From assembly GCA_045605385.1 (NCBI GenBank), contig JAZUPW010000013.1, positions 607-64,606 of the forward strand: 64,000 nt of DNA. The letters run 5' to 3'. Position 1 is the first letter of the stretch. Each line of letters starts with the position of its first letter. Shown here piece after piece: positions 26,173 through 35,712 of this stretch. The translations under genes and the position numbers were made by a program. This stretch comes from Acutalibacteraceae bacterium (GTDB lineage Bacteria > Bacillota > Clostridia > Oscillospirales > Acutalibacteraceae). The notes below the pieces were generated by a model, which had not been told where the DNA came from, made no database searches, and saw nothing but the letters and a program-made list of their open reading frames with translations.

Positions 26173-27615
26173 TCAAAAATCAAATTCATTGTTGATAGTT
26201 TTCGCTGGGTTTATAGCATCAGACATAGTACAAACAATTAGTGAACTGCATGTGGAAGTATTACCAATTGTTAAATTGGGATAACCTATTTCGGCGCCCC
26301 AACTCCAATTGGGATCAACTAAAACGTTAGAATACGGTTGCATATTGATCGTTGTGGAACCAATGGTTGTAACACCTATTTCGATTTTAGGTGTTCCGTA
26401 ATAAGAAAAACTGTTTGCTTCTGTTTTTCCAAATGATTGAATTTCAGTAACGGTTCTGACATTATATTCATTCCATTTAATATATGTGTTGTAATCAACA
26501 GTAAATGATGCTATAGAAGGCAAACCTTCATCAAGAAAAGTCCAAGTTAAAGTTTCACTACCATCATTATTTACTATTTGATTTTCTTTTATATTTGCGT
26601 AAGATAGTGGGGAATTAGATAAGTTGACTAATTGATTAGTTGAAGATATGCCATATGCATATACATAATAATCACCAGCGGGTAAAGAGTTCCAATCAAT
26701 CGAACAACTAAATCCATGATAACCATTTCCAAATCCGGATGAATACAAATCAGCTCTGTAACTAGACGCTGTTACATAAGAAGTGAATTTACTTACATTG
26801 TTTGCGTCTTTGACGTCTATGTATACACTGATGGCAGTGTTCGGTATATCACTTCTCCAAGCCCAACCTTCTATAGATGAAGAATTTACACTTTCTAATT
26901 CACCGGTTGGTTGAGCAACGGTTGTTCCAACAAGTTCAAAAGCCCACTTTTGCGCGCTAAAATTGTAATCTAAGCCTATATAAATGTTTCCTGTAGAATC
27001 GAAAGAAGTTCCCGAACCGGTGCCGTTTCCGGAACCATAAGCGGTCAAGCATAAATTTGTGTTCGCCCTCATTGATATTTTGTAATATCCATCACCAACA
27101 GGTATTATCTTCATTTCTTGGGCTGTGGCATCAACAGGAGTCCAAATATCAACATTTTGACCAGCTGCTAACGCTGCACCGTTCCTTACAACATCTAAAA
27201 CTCGGTTAGTGCCATTAGAACTACACATAGCATAAATTTTATAAGAATCTGTGGATGAATTGTATACAACCTTAAACTTCTGCTCGGTACTTCCGTCTTT
27301 GCTCCATTGATAGACATTAGTTGCGTTGGCATCTATACCATAATGAACATTTATATATTTCCCTGAAGAATAATTGCGAATATTATATATACCACCATTT
27401 ATAATATCAGTGGCCTGAGCCATCGGCGTTATTGTGCTGGAGGTGTTTGTATTTTCAATTAACTCCGTTTCTATGTCTATTGTTGTGTCAGAAGATGAAG
27501 CATTTAAAACTTCATCTTCAATAAGCGTTTCGGTCTGTGTGCTAACAGCCATAACAGAACAGGAAAACGTAAAACACAATACGCAAATTAACAAAATTGA
27601 TACTATTTTTTTCAT
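26173..27615 (-). CDS. secreted ricin-type beta-trefoil lectin domain protein with two unassigned C-terminal domains
   Basis: Signal peptide MKKIVSILLICVLCFTFSCSVMA. Three Q-x-W-like trefoil motifs are present (VYQWSKDGSTEQKF, VDIWTPVDATAQEM, AQKWAFEL). A beta-sandwich-like segment follows (IEGWAWRSD...GNGYHGFSCSIDW...GDYYVYAYG), then a Ser/Thr-rich ~140-aa tail. Confidence 0.65.
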   Translation of the reverse strand: MKKIVSILLICVLCFTFSCSVMAVSTQTETLIEDEVLNASSSDTTIDIETELIENTNTSSTITPMAQATDIINGGIYNIRNYSSGKYINVHYGIDANATNVYQWSKDGSTEQKFKVVYNSSTDSYKIYAMCSSNGTNRVLDVVRNGAALAAGQNVDIWTPVDATAQEMKIIPVGDGYYKISMRANTNLCLTAYGSGNGTGSGTSFDSTGNIYIGLDYNFSAQKWAFELVGTTVAQPTGELESVNSSSIEGWAWRSDIPNTAISVYIDVKDANNVSKFTSYVTASSYRADLYSSGFGNGYHGFSCSIDWNSLPAGDYYVYAYGISSTNQLVNLSNSPLSYANIKENQIVNNDGSETLTWTFLDEGLPSIASFTVDYNTYIKWNEYNVRTVTEIQSFGKTEANSFSYYGTPKIEIGVTTIGSTTINMQPYSNVLVDPNWSWGAEIGYPNLTIGNTSTCSSLIVCTMSDAINPAKTINNEFDF

Positions 27616-27845
27616 TTTAAAGCTTCACCTCTTTTTATTATTTGAAAACAAAAGTGTTATAACGGCCGTTATTTATTGTCTTCAATCGTATTATAGCATA
27701 TTGAATTATTTTTTTTCAATATGTTTTATAACTTTTGTTGAAATTGCATAATTTTAAAGTGTTTAACTTATTGGTTATATGAGGTTGAGGCCTTTTTATT
27801 GTTATTAGTTTTTGTGTTTAGTTGTTATTAAATACAAAAAGGGAT

Positions 27846-27873
27846 TGCCTTAAAACAGACAATCCCTAAATAA
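27846..27873 (-). terminator. lysA terminator
   Basis: The minus strand reads agggattg tctgttttaagg caatccct, followed by ttttgtattt. Confidence 0.65.
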
Positions 27874-27881
27874 TTATTACC

Positions 27882-29129
27882 TTAAAACATCGGGTCTATA
27901 TCAAGTGTTACAAAGTAATCGTCAAGGGTTTCAGCTCTGCGTATTAGCTTTAGCGAACTGTCCTTGCACATCATAAGTTCGGCGCAACGCAACTTTCCGT
28001 TATAGTTGTAACCCATAGCGTGACCGTGAGCGCCTGCGTCGTGGACAACAAGAATATCGCCCTTATCAATTTTCGGCAACATCCTGTCTACCGCAAACTT
28101 ATCGTTATTTTCACAAAGCGAACCTACAACGTCTACCATAGTGTCGTGAGGCGCATTTTCTTTACCGAGTACGGTTATGTGGTGGTAAGCGCCGTACATA
28201 GCGGGGCGCATTAGGTCGCAACAACTTGCGTCAACGCCAACGTACTCTTTATAAATGTGCTTATAGTGCATAGCGGTGGTAAGCAAATAGCCGTAAGGAC
28301 CTGTTATATATCTGCCCATTTCGGTGTAGATTTCAACGTCAATGCCGTTTGGTGTAAGTATTTCTTCATAAACTTCTTTAACGCCGTTACCGATTTTGAA
28401 GATATCCACAGCCTTTTCTTCGGGAAGATAAGGGATACCGATACCGCCCGATAAGTCTACAAAACTAATTTGTACACCGATTTCTTCTTTAATTTCAAGA
28501 ATAAGATTAAATAGTTCACGTGCAAGCGCAGGGTAATATTCTTCTTCAAGCGAACAACTTGCAATCATAGAATGAAGACCGAAACGTTTAACGCCTTTTT
28601 CTTTTAAAATTCTGTAAGCCTCTTTAAGTTGGGGTAAGGTCATACCGAATTTTGTGTCGTGAAGATGTCCCATAATATCGTTGGTTATCTGGAACTTACC
28701 TGGGTTAAAACGGCAACAAACGGTATCGGGAATTCCTGCAACTTCTTCTAAAAATTCAATATGGGTAATATCGTCAAGGTTAATAACGGCACCCATTTCA
28801 CACGCTTTTTTATATTCGGCGCGTGTGGTTTCGTTAGAAGAAAACATAATGTTATTTCCGCTTATTCCCGTGCGTTCACAAAGCACAAGTTCGGGAACCG
28901 AAGCGCAGTCTGCACCGCAACCAAGAGCCTTTAAGGTTCTCATAATTGTGGGGTTGGGAAGCGCTTTAACAGCAAAATACTCTTTGAAGCCTTTGTTCCA
29001 AGAAAAAGCTTTGTATAAATCGGTAACGCATTTTTCAATGCCTGCTTCATCGTAAATATAAAATGGGGTGGGGTATTGCGAAGTCCATCTCTTCGCATCT
29101 TCTAAGTTAAAGGGAAGTGCCTTAGTCAT
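27882..29129 (-). CDS. lysA: diaminopimelate decarboxylase (PLP-dependent, group IV decarboxylase)
   Basis: 415 aa. PLP-lysine context YFAVKALPN and Orn/DAP/Arg decarboxylase family-2 layout. Immediately downstream of dapH and under an L-box. Confidence 0.8.
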   Translation of the reverse strand: MTKALPFNLEDAKRWTSQYPTPFYIYDEAGIEKCVTDLYKAFSWNKGFKEYFAVKALPNPTIMRTLKALGCGADCASVPELVLCERTGISGNNIMFSSNETTRAEYKKACEMGAVINLDDITHIEFLEEVAGIPDTVCCRFNPGKFQITNDIMGHLHDTKFGMTLPQLKEAYRILKEKGVKRFGLHSMIASCSLEEEYYPALARELFNLILEIKEEIGVQISFVDLSGGIGIPYLPEEKAVDIFKIGNGVKEVYEEILTPNGIDVEIYTEMGRYITGPYGYLLTTAMHYKHIYKEYVGVDASCCDLMRPAMYGAYHHITVLGKENAPHDTMVDVVGSLCENNDKFAVDRMLPKIDKGDILVVHDAGAHGHAMGYNYNGKLRCAELMMCKDSSLKLIRRAETLDDYFVTLDIDPMF

Positions 29130-29159
29130 CTGGAATGTCTCCTTATTGTCTGTTAACTT

Positions 29160-29852
29160 TTATAAACTTCTTAATGCTTCTTCCAAAGCAGTCTTTTTGT
29201 CGGTTGCTTCGTCGCGCATTTTTATAATTTTAGCGGGGCAACCTGCTACAACAGCGTTATCGGGAACGTCTTTTGTAACAATAGCGCCTGCGGCAACAAC
29301 AGCGTCTTTACCAATATGAACGCCTTCAAGTACAACAGCGTTAGCGCCTACAAGTACGTTATCTTCAACAATAACAGGGGTGGCGCTTGCGGGTTCAATA
29401 ACACCTGCAAGAACAGCGCCGGCGCCAATGTGACAGTTGTTTCCTACGGTGGCTCTGCCACCAAGAACAGCGCCCATATCTATCATGGTGCCGCTTCCTA
29501 TAACAGCGCCTATGTTAATAACAGCGCCCATCATAATTACAGCGTTTTCGCCAATTTCTACTTGATCACGAATAACAGCGCCGGGTTCAATACGCGCTTT
29601 AATATCTTTTTTGTCTAAAAGCGGAACAGCAGAGTTTCTGCAGTCGTTCTCTATAACAACGTCTTCAATCTTATCGGCGTTTTCTTTAAGTACTTCGCTT
29701 AAAATGTTCCATTCACCGAAGACAATTTTATCCTTTTCTCCGAAAACTTTGCTGTCTTTATAATCAATAGGGGATTTTTCTTTAATGTAAAGTTTAACGG
29801 GGGTTTTCTTTTTGGATTCAGAAATAAAACGAATAATTTCCTGTGCGTTCAT
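29160..29852 (-). CDS. dapH: 2,3,4,5-tetrahydropyridine-2,6-dicarboxylate N-acetyltransferase
   Basis: I place the start at ATG 29852 (RBS aaggaga). N-terminus is [22 protein letters not shown], followed by hexapeptide repeats ([37 protein letters not shown]). Confidence 0.85.
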   Translation of the reverse strand: MNAQEIIRFISESKKKTPVKLYIKEKSPIDYKDSKVFGEKDKIVFGEWNILSEVLKENADKIEDVVIENDCRNSAVPLLDKKDIKARIEPGAVIRDQVEIGENAVIMMGAVINIGAVIGSGTMIDMGAVLGGRATVGNNCHIGAGAVLAGVIEPASATPVIVEDNVLVGANAVVLEGVHIGKDAVVAAGAIVTKDVPDNAVVAGCPAKIIKMRDEATDKKTALEEALRSL

Positions 29853-29874
29853 AAATAATCTCCTTAAAATTAAA

Positions 29875-30115
29875 AATAAAAAAACCAATGCTTTTGCACC
29901 GGCTGTCATTACAAATTGCGCCCATAAAGGCTTAATTAACAATTTATAAGATAGCACTCCGCAAATGCGACAGTCAAACAGATATTTTCTGTTTGCCCAG
30001 CGATGATTAAGCGTTTCACCGCTTCGGCGGATGCCCCTTTGGTTTTTGAAAACGGAATTGCTAATATTCCTTTTGCTTCAAAAATTACTATTGACAGCCG
30101 CGCCTCTACTTATAA
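29875..30115 (-). promoter_or_regulatory. lysine riboswitch (L-box) leader of dapH-lysA
   Basis: The minus strand reads tataagtAGAGGCGCgg ... aaaGGGGcatcCGCCGAAGcgg ... CTGGgc ... tgACTGTCgca ... GGAGTGCTATCttata. P1 is closed by tataag/cttata. A weak hairpin (ccggtgc/gcattgg) plus T-run precedes the RBS. Confidence 0.85.
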
Positions 30116-30135
30116 AGGCTTTTTTAGTTTTAGAT

Positions 30136-30164
30136 ATTGTAACACCTTTGCTTTCGGCTGTCAA
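30136..30164 (-). promoter_or_regulatory. sigma-A promoter driving the L-box/dapH-lysA operon
   Basis: Minus strand: TTGACA (30164-30159), 17-nt spacer, TACAAT (30141-30136). Confidence 0.7.
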
Positions 30165-30173
30165 TACTTAAAT

Positions 30174-30617
30174 TTATTTTTTTAGTTTTATGTTAATGTG
30201 TCTTGCAACGGTGTTTACAAGAATAATACCAACCGATAGCGCGGCGGCAAGGCTTAACGTGTAAGATGCTTTTGTAACAAAATCTCCCGTACTGCCCTCT
30301 AACGCGAATTTAAGTGAATAGTAAAGCGCACTACCGGGAATAAGCGGAATAAGTACCGCAATACTGAAAGTGGTAACGGGTGTTTTTAGAACACGCGCCA
30401 TAATTTCCGAGTATATACTTGCTATAACGGAAACTAAAAAATAGCAAAGAATTTCTTTGTTCAATAAATAGTTAAGCGCTAAAAAGAAAAACCAAGCCAT
30501 TGCGCCGCCCAATGAAGAAAATATTAGTTTTTTGCCCCGTATATTAAAGAGTATGCAAAAACCAAGTGTTCCGACAAAGGAAGATAAAATTTGTATAACA
30601 GAATTTGTATCAAACAT
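30174..30617 (-). CDS. threonine/serine exporter family protein, small subunit (ThrE_2/DUF3815-like)
   Basis: 147-aa protein with 4-5 TM helices, overlapping the stop of the upstream ThrE-like gene. This is the typical two-gene arrangement. Confidence 0.65.
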   Translation of the reverse strand: MFDTNSVIQILSSFVGTLGFCILFNIRGKKLIFSSLGGAMAWFFFLALNYLLNKEILCYFLVSVIASIYSEIMARVLKTPVTTFSIAVLIPLIPGSALYYSLKFALEGSTGDFVTKASYTLSLAAALSVGIILVNTVARHINIKLKK

Positions 30618-31375
30618 TACAACACACCTCCGAACAATAATGTGGGAAGCGCAAAGCCAAGCGCAATAGCAACGGTCAACAATAACGCTTCAATTGAACG
30701 AAGAATACCCGTTATCATATCGCCGCAGAACAAATCACGCAAAGCGTTTGTGAGTCCTATGCCCGGAATAAGCGACATAATGTTGCCTATTATAACGTAA
30801 TCGGGGTTATTTATAAGATTCAGAACCAAAAGTAGTGTTACCAACAGCGAAGCTGAAAGCGAACACAAAAAACGCGCAAGAATTTTGTTAAGATTAAGCG
30901 ATTCAAAAATAACGGCAATTATACCCACAACAAAACCAATAACAAAAGAAAAACCTATTTCGGCAAAATTTCTGCTTCCGAAGAAAAGACAAAAGGAAGC
31001 GGCAATAACGCCATAGAAAAAAGGCAATATTTTTTTATTTGCTTTTTTCGTGTTTTCGATTTCTTTTAGCAGTTTTTCTATTTCCTCTATGCTTGGCGCG
31101 TTTGCCGAAACATATCTTACAAGCGAATTTAATTTGTCAAGTTTTTCAATGTCGGTGCCAATACTTCCAATTCTTTTGTGAAGTGTAAGAAATTCGCCGT
31201 CTTTGGTTTTTACGCTAACAACAAGTTGCGACGTAATAGCGTAAACTTCGCAACTTTTAACATTGTAAGCAGCGCACATTCTTGTAACACTTTCTTCAAT
31301 TCGACTTATTTCAGCGCCCGATTTAGTCATTTCACGCGCTGTTTCCATTATAATATCAAGCAGTTTAATATTCAT
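30617..31375 (-). CDS. threonine/serine exporter family protein (ThrE/DUF1212-like)
   Basis: The N-terminal soluble region MNIKLLDIIMETAREMTKSGAEISRIEESVTRMCAAYNV is characteristic of DUF1212. C-terminal TM helices follow. Confidence 0.7.
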   Translation of the reverse strand: MNIKLLDIIMETAREMTKSGAEISRIEESVTRMCAAYNVKSCEVYAITSQLVVSVKTKDGEFLTLHKRIGSIGTDIEKLDKLNSLVRYVSANAPSIEEIEKLLKEIENTKKANKKILPFFYGVIAASFCLFFGSRNFAEIGFSFVIGFVVGIIAVIFESLNLNKILARFLCSLSASLLVTLLLVLNLINNPDYVIIGNIMSLIPGIGLTNALRDLFCGDMITGILRSIEALLLTVAIALGFALPTLLFGGVL

Positions 31376-31957
31376 TTAAAGACTTCCGTTCTGTTCGTCA
31401 AGAGTAAGGCTGTAACTTCCTAAAAATTCCTCTATAAAAATATTGGCTTCATCACAGTCCATTTGTTGTATTGAATCTATAATGCTCTGCTTAGCGGCAG
31501 AAAATTCTTTATTTCCCATAGCCGTTTCTTCAATGCATTTTATTAAGGCAGAAATTCTATCGGCGGCTTTCAATATTCTCTTTATATCTTCTTGTGGGTT
31601 ATAAAGCGGAGCAATATCTTCTTTTATGTCTTGCGGAAGCATAGAAAGTAATTTTTCTTCGGCAATATTTTCAACCTTTTTATAGGCTTGTTTGATTTCG
31701 GGATTATAGTATTTAACCGGTGTGGGCATATCGCCTGTAAGAATTTCGCTTGTATCGTGAAAAAGCGCGGCAGAAGCGCAACGGTCGGCATTTAAACTTT
31801 TTCCCAAGCGTTTATTGCCTATAACAGCCAATGCGTGCGCAATTAATGCCACTTCAAAAGAATGTTCGCTTAAAGATTCACGCCTTGTGTTTCGCATAAG
31901 ATTCCAACGGTATATATTTTTCATTCGCGATAAAAGTGCATAAAAATTACTTGCCAT
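31376..31957 (-). CDS. HD-domain 5'-deoxynucleotidase (YfbR-like)
   Basis: RWNLMRNTRRESLSEHSFEVALIAHAL and FHDTSEILTGDMPTPVK match the HD motif layout of YfbR. Confidence 0.75.
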   Translation of the reverse strand: MASNFYALLSRMKNIYRWNLMRNTRRESLSEHSFEVALIAHALAVIGNKRLGKSLNADRCASAALFHDTSEILTGDMPTPVKYYNPEIKQAYKKVENIAEEKLLSMLPQDIKEDIAPLYNPQEDIKRILKAADRISALIKCIEETAMGNKEFSAAKQSIIDSIQQMDCDEANIFIEEFLGSYSLTLDEQNGSL

Positions 31958-32059
31958 AAATTACACATTCCTTTATTTTTACATATTATCTTGAATATTA
32001 TAGCAGACTTTGTTATAATATTCAATGTAAAAATATACGCTGAACAAGGGGAATAATAT

Positions 32060-34714
32060 ATGTATTTTTCAAAACGCAAAAAAGAGCTGATAAATGCGCC
32101 GCGCGGACAAGCGTTCCTTACTTTTTTGTTGGGGCTTTTGGTGGCTTTTCTTATGTTTTTGCCGGGCATTATAAACGGCGAAGGCTACTTTATTTTTTAC
32201 GGAGATTTTAACGTTCAGCAAATACCTTTTTACCAAAATTGTCACGAAGCAGTAAGAAGCGGTAATATTAATTGGAGTTTTACAACCGACCTTGGCTCTA
32301 ATTTTATAGGCGCTTACAGTTTTTATCTTCTTGGCAGCCCGTTTTTCTGGTTAACCTTGTTTTTCCCCACAAATTTTGTGCCCTACCTTATGGGACCGTT
32401 GCTTATTTTAAAATTTGCCTGTGCATCGCTTACGGCATATCTTTATATACGCCGTTTTACAATGACACCCTTTGCCGCAAGAACAGGTGCGCTTTTATAT
32501 GCTTTTTCTTCATTCAGCGTTTATAACATATTCTTTAATCATTTTCACGAATCTATAATTGTTTTTCCGCTTTTGCTGTTAGCGCTTGAATTATTGTATA
32601 CCGAAAACCGACGCGGTGTTTTTGCCGCTTGTGTGGCTTTAAGCGCCACAGTTAACTACTTTTTCTTTGTGGGAATGGTAGTGTTCTGCATAATTTACTT
32701 TGCCGTAAAGGTTATAAGCGGAGCATTTAAGTTTAAGTTTTCAAGGTTTTTGAGCATAGTTTTTGAAAGCATAATAGGTGTTGCTTTGGCAGCGTTTATA
32801 TTATTGCCAAGCGTACTTATGATAATAGATAACGGCAGGGTAAGTGAGTTCCAAATTGGCTGGGGCGGTTTGCTTTACGGAAAAGAACAGATATATTTTC
32901 AAATTCTTCAATCGCTTTTCTTCCCACCGGATATCCCTGCGCATCCCGTTTTTGTTCCGCACCTTGGTGTTAAATGGTCTTCAATTGCGGCGTGGTTACC
33001 CGTAATAAGTACCTCGGCAGTTTTTGCATTTTGTTCTTGCAAGGCAAAACATTGGCTTAAAAGAATGCTTTGTGTGTCTGCCTTTATGGCGGCAGTGCCT
33101 GTGCTTAACAGCGCTTTTTACGCTTTTAACGATTCGTATTATGCCCGTTGGTATTATATGCCCGTTCTTCTTATGTGCCTTGCAAGTGCCTTTACCTTTG
33201 AAGATGAAGCAATAAATTGGAAAAAAGGTTGGCGCATAAGCACGGTTATAACTGTGGCTATTGCGCTGGTTATAGGTCTTTTCCCACAACTTAACGACGG
33301 AAAACTTACACTCGGACTTTATACCGATGCGCCCAATGTGGGAAGTGTGAAATTCTACCGTTTTATTATTTCCTGTGTTATTGCATTCTTAGGATTACTG
33401 CTTTGCAGAGCAATCATTGCTTTAAGAAAAAACAAAAAGGTAATGCTGCGCACAGCAACAGCGCTTATTTGTGTTGTTTCAATTGTTTACGGCGCTGTAT
33501 TTATTTATAGCGGACAATCTCACTCTTCACCAATAAAAGAAACTATGATTGACCGTTTAATTGAGGGCGAAGTTATCCTTCCCGAAGAGGCCGAAAATTA
33601 CAGAATAGACGTTTATGACGGCGTAGATAACACGGGAATGTACCTTTCAAAGCCTACGATAAACGCTTTCCATTCGGTAGTGTCTACCTCTATTATGGAT
33701 TTCTATGATTTTATAGGAATAAAACGTGATGTTGCTTCACGCCCCGATACAAGTTATACTTCTTTGCGTTCGCTTCTTTCGGTTAGATATTTGCTGAATG
33801 CCACAAATGCCAAACGGTTTACCGATGAAGACGGCGTAACCGCTATGCCTAATTACGATTATATAACTACGTCGGGCGGATATTATATTTATGAAAATAA
33901 GGCGTATATTCCTTACGGTTTTTCTTATGATTACTATTTAACGGAATATGAATGCGAAATGGCGTTAAGCGAGAAGGAAAGGGCAGACATTATGCTTAAA
34001 GCAATTGTTTTGCCAAACGACACCCCTGCTTCGCTTCTTTCAACTATGAAACCGCTTAATATTGAGCAACTAAGGGTTGAAAACAGTGGGGACGCTATGT
34101 TTTCTTCTGAGAATGAAGAAAATACACAAGAGTATACTGTGTCTATAAAAAATGATGCTGCAACACTGCTTGAAGATGCAATGCATTTAAAAGAAAGCGC
34201 CGCAACAGATTTTTCTTATGATAAAAACGGTTTTTATGCAACCGTTGAACGTGAAAAGAAGTCGCTTGTATTCTTTTCTGTACCTTATGATAAGGGGTGG
34301 ACTGTAACCGTTAACGGAAAAGAAACAGATATAATAAAGGCAAATATAGGCTTTATGGCGGTGCCCGTTGGCGAAGGCGTTAGCGAAATTAACTTCACTT
34401 ATAAAACGCCCGGACTTCTTATTGGCGCTCAAATAACCTTGGCTACACTTGTATTGTTTGTAATTTATATTATTGTTGCGGCGGTTATCAGAAGCAAAAA
34501 AATATGCAAAGAAGTTTATCCCGAAGGTGAAGATTTAATTGCTTTTTGGTGCAGAGAACAGGCAAAGCAAAACAGCGATGTTATAGAAATCTTTAACGAT
34601 TATCTTGATTCGGGCAAAAAAGAAGAGGAAGTTATTAATAACGATTCTATATATGATTCGGGTTTCCACATTGATCTTTCCGAATTTTCAAATAACGATA
34701 AAGGCGAAGAATAA
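32060..34714 (+). CDS. YfhO-family polytopic membrane protein (putative glycosyltransferase)
   Basis: 884 aa. The N-terminal region (YFIFYGDFNVQQIPFYQNCHEAVRSGNINWSFTTDLGSNFIGAYSFYLLGSPFFWL) is typical of YfhO. It has more than 10 TM helices and a large extracytoplasmic C-domain with a terminal TM helix. Confidence 0.8.
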   Translation: MYFSKRKKELINAPRGQAFLTFLLGLLVAFLMFLPGIINGEGYFIFYGDFNVQQIPFYQNCHEAVRSGNINWSFTTDLGSNFIGAYSFYLLGSPFFWLTLFFPTNFVPYLMGPLLILKFACASLTAYLYIRRFTMTPFAARTGALLYAFSSFSVYNIFFNHFHESIIVFPLLLLALELLYTENRRGVFAACVALSATVNYFFFVGMVVFCIIYFAVKVISGAFKFKFSRFLSIVFESIIGVALAAFILLPSVLMIIDNGRVSEFQIGWGGLLYGKEQIYFQILQSLFFPPDIPAHPVFVPHLGVKWSSIAAWLPVISTSAVFAFCSCKAKHWLKRMLCVSAFMAAVPVLNSAFYAFNDSYYARWYYMPVLLMCLASAFTFEDEAINWKKGWRISTVITVAIALVIGLFPQLNDGKLTLGLYTDAPNVGSVKFYRFIISCVIAFLGLLLCRAIIALRKNKKVMLRTATALICVVSIVYGAVFIYSGQSHSSPIKETMIDRLIEGEVILPEEAENYRIDVYDGVDNTGMYLSKPTINAFHSVVSTSIMDFYDFIGIKRDVASRPDTSYTSLRSLLSVRYLLNATNAKRFTDEDGVTAMPNYDYITTSGGYYIYENKAYIPYGFSYDYYLTEYECEMALSEKERADIMLKAIVLPNDTPASLLSTMKPLNIEQLRVENSGDAMFSSENEENTQEYTVSIKNDAATLLEDAMHLKESAATDFSYDKNGFYATVEREKKSLVFFSVPYDKGWTVTVNGKETDIIKANIGFMAVPVGEGVSEINFTYKTPGLLIGAQITLATLVLFVIYIIVAAVIRSKKICKEVYPEGEDLIAFWCREQAKQNSDVIEIFNDYLDSGKKEEEVINNDSIYDSGFHIDLSEFSNNDKGEE

Positions 34715-34744
34715 TAAAAACTTTTTGGTTATATTAAATTTTTA

Positions 34745-34773
34745 TTGACTTTTTGTGCCAATTTCGTTATAAT
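34745..34773 (+). promoter_or_regulatory. sigma-A promoter of rpmH operon
   Basis: TTGACT (34745-34750), 17-nt spacer, TATAAT (34768-34773). Confidence 0.7.
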
Positions 34774-34847
34774 AGCAAGGAATGGTGTGTATAAGGGCAG
34801 TTATGTCCCTTTAATATCAGAAATTGGTTTTAAAAGGAGGTTCTGAA

Positions 34848-34982
34848 ATGAAAAGAACATATCAACCTAAGAAGTTGCATCGTAAAAAAGAACATGGCTT
34901 TTTAAAGAGAATGGCTACAGCAAACGGCCGTAAGGTACTTGCCCGCCGCAGAGCAAAAGGTAGAAAGCAGCTCACATACTAA
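34848..34982 (+). CDS. rpmH: 50S ribosomal protein L34
   Basis: Not in the ORF track (44 aa). Sequence is [44 protein letters not shown], preceded by aaaaGGAGG. Confidence 0.95.
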   Translation: MKRTYQPKKLHRKKEHGFLKRMATANGRKVLARRRAKGRKQLTY

Positions 34983-35093
34983 GACCACTTGTAGGGCGGA
35001 CTTCCATGAAGCAAAGTTTTCCCTTTGCTTTATAGAAGTACGCCCTTTGTGGTTGTTGCCATAAAAAATAGTATGCAGGAATAAGGTTTTTTG

Positions 35094-35429
35094 ATGAGAA
35101 TCGAGAAATTTAAACTTAATAAGGAATTCCGTCGCCTTTACGGACGCGGAAAATCGCTTGTGTCACCGCATATTGTAACCTACGCATTACGCGGTAAATG
35201 CGAAAATATCCGTATAGGTATAACTGTTGGCAAGAAATTTAATAATGCTGTTTGCCGCAACCGTGCAAAGCGGGTAATTACTGCTGCATTCAACAGCATA
35301 AAAGAAGACGTTTTGCCGCACAGTGAAATTGTATTTGTTGCAAGAACCCGAATTTTAGGGGTGAAAAGTACTCAGGTTGCAAACGAAATGAAACAACATC
35401 TTGCGCAACTTGGCTTTCTTAAACAATGA
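35094..35429 (+). CDS. rnpA: ribonuclease P protein component
   Basis: ~111-aa basic protein ([15 protein letters not shown]..., RNRAKR) in the conserved position after rpmH. Confidence 0.9.
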   Translation: MRIEKFKLNKEFRRLYGRGKSLVSPHIVTYALRGKCENIRIGITVGKKFNNAVCRNRAKRVITAAFNSIKEDVLPHSEIVFVARTRILGVKSTQVANEMKQHLAQLGFLKQ

Positions 35430-35668
35430 AACACGTATTAATTTTTTTAGTAAAGATTTACAGAAAGTTTTTTTCGGCCGCTAAGGGCGGTCCGTGTTGC
35501 CGTTTTTATCCAACTTGTTCAACCTACGCTTTAGAAGCGTTAAAGGTTCACGGCGCATTTAAAGGCAGTGCTTTAAGCATTTGGCGGCTTTTACGCTGTC
35601 ATCCGTTCAGTAAGGGCGGTTATGATCCCGTACCCGAAAAACGCCAAAAGTTAGAAAAAAGAAAATAA
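35426..35668 (+). CDS. yidD: membrane protein insertion efficiency factor YidD
   Basis: The [19 protein letters not shown] motif is present. Overlaps the rnpA stop. Confidence 0.9.
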   Translation: MKHVLIFLVKIYRKFFSAAKGGPCCRFYPTCSTYALEALKVHGAFKGSALSIWRLLRCHPFSKGGYDPVPEKRQKLEKRK

Positions 35669-35712
35669 TCTGTAACATTACGTTGCGTAATGTTTAGTAA
35701 TGGTGAAATATA

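Noticed and set aside
30003-30185. 60-aa ORF on the plus strand
   Set aside because: It lies entirely inside the lysine riboswitch and promoter of the opposite strand.
34715-34847. Replication origin (oriC) next to rpmH
   Set aside because: There is no dnaA gene adjacent. I found only one 8/9 DnaA-box-like site here, plus one isolated 8/9 site near 60333. No box cluster or AT-rich unwinding repeats were seen.
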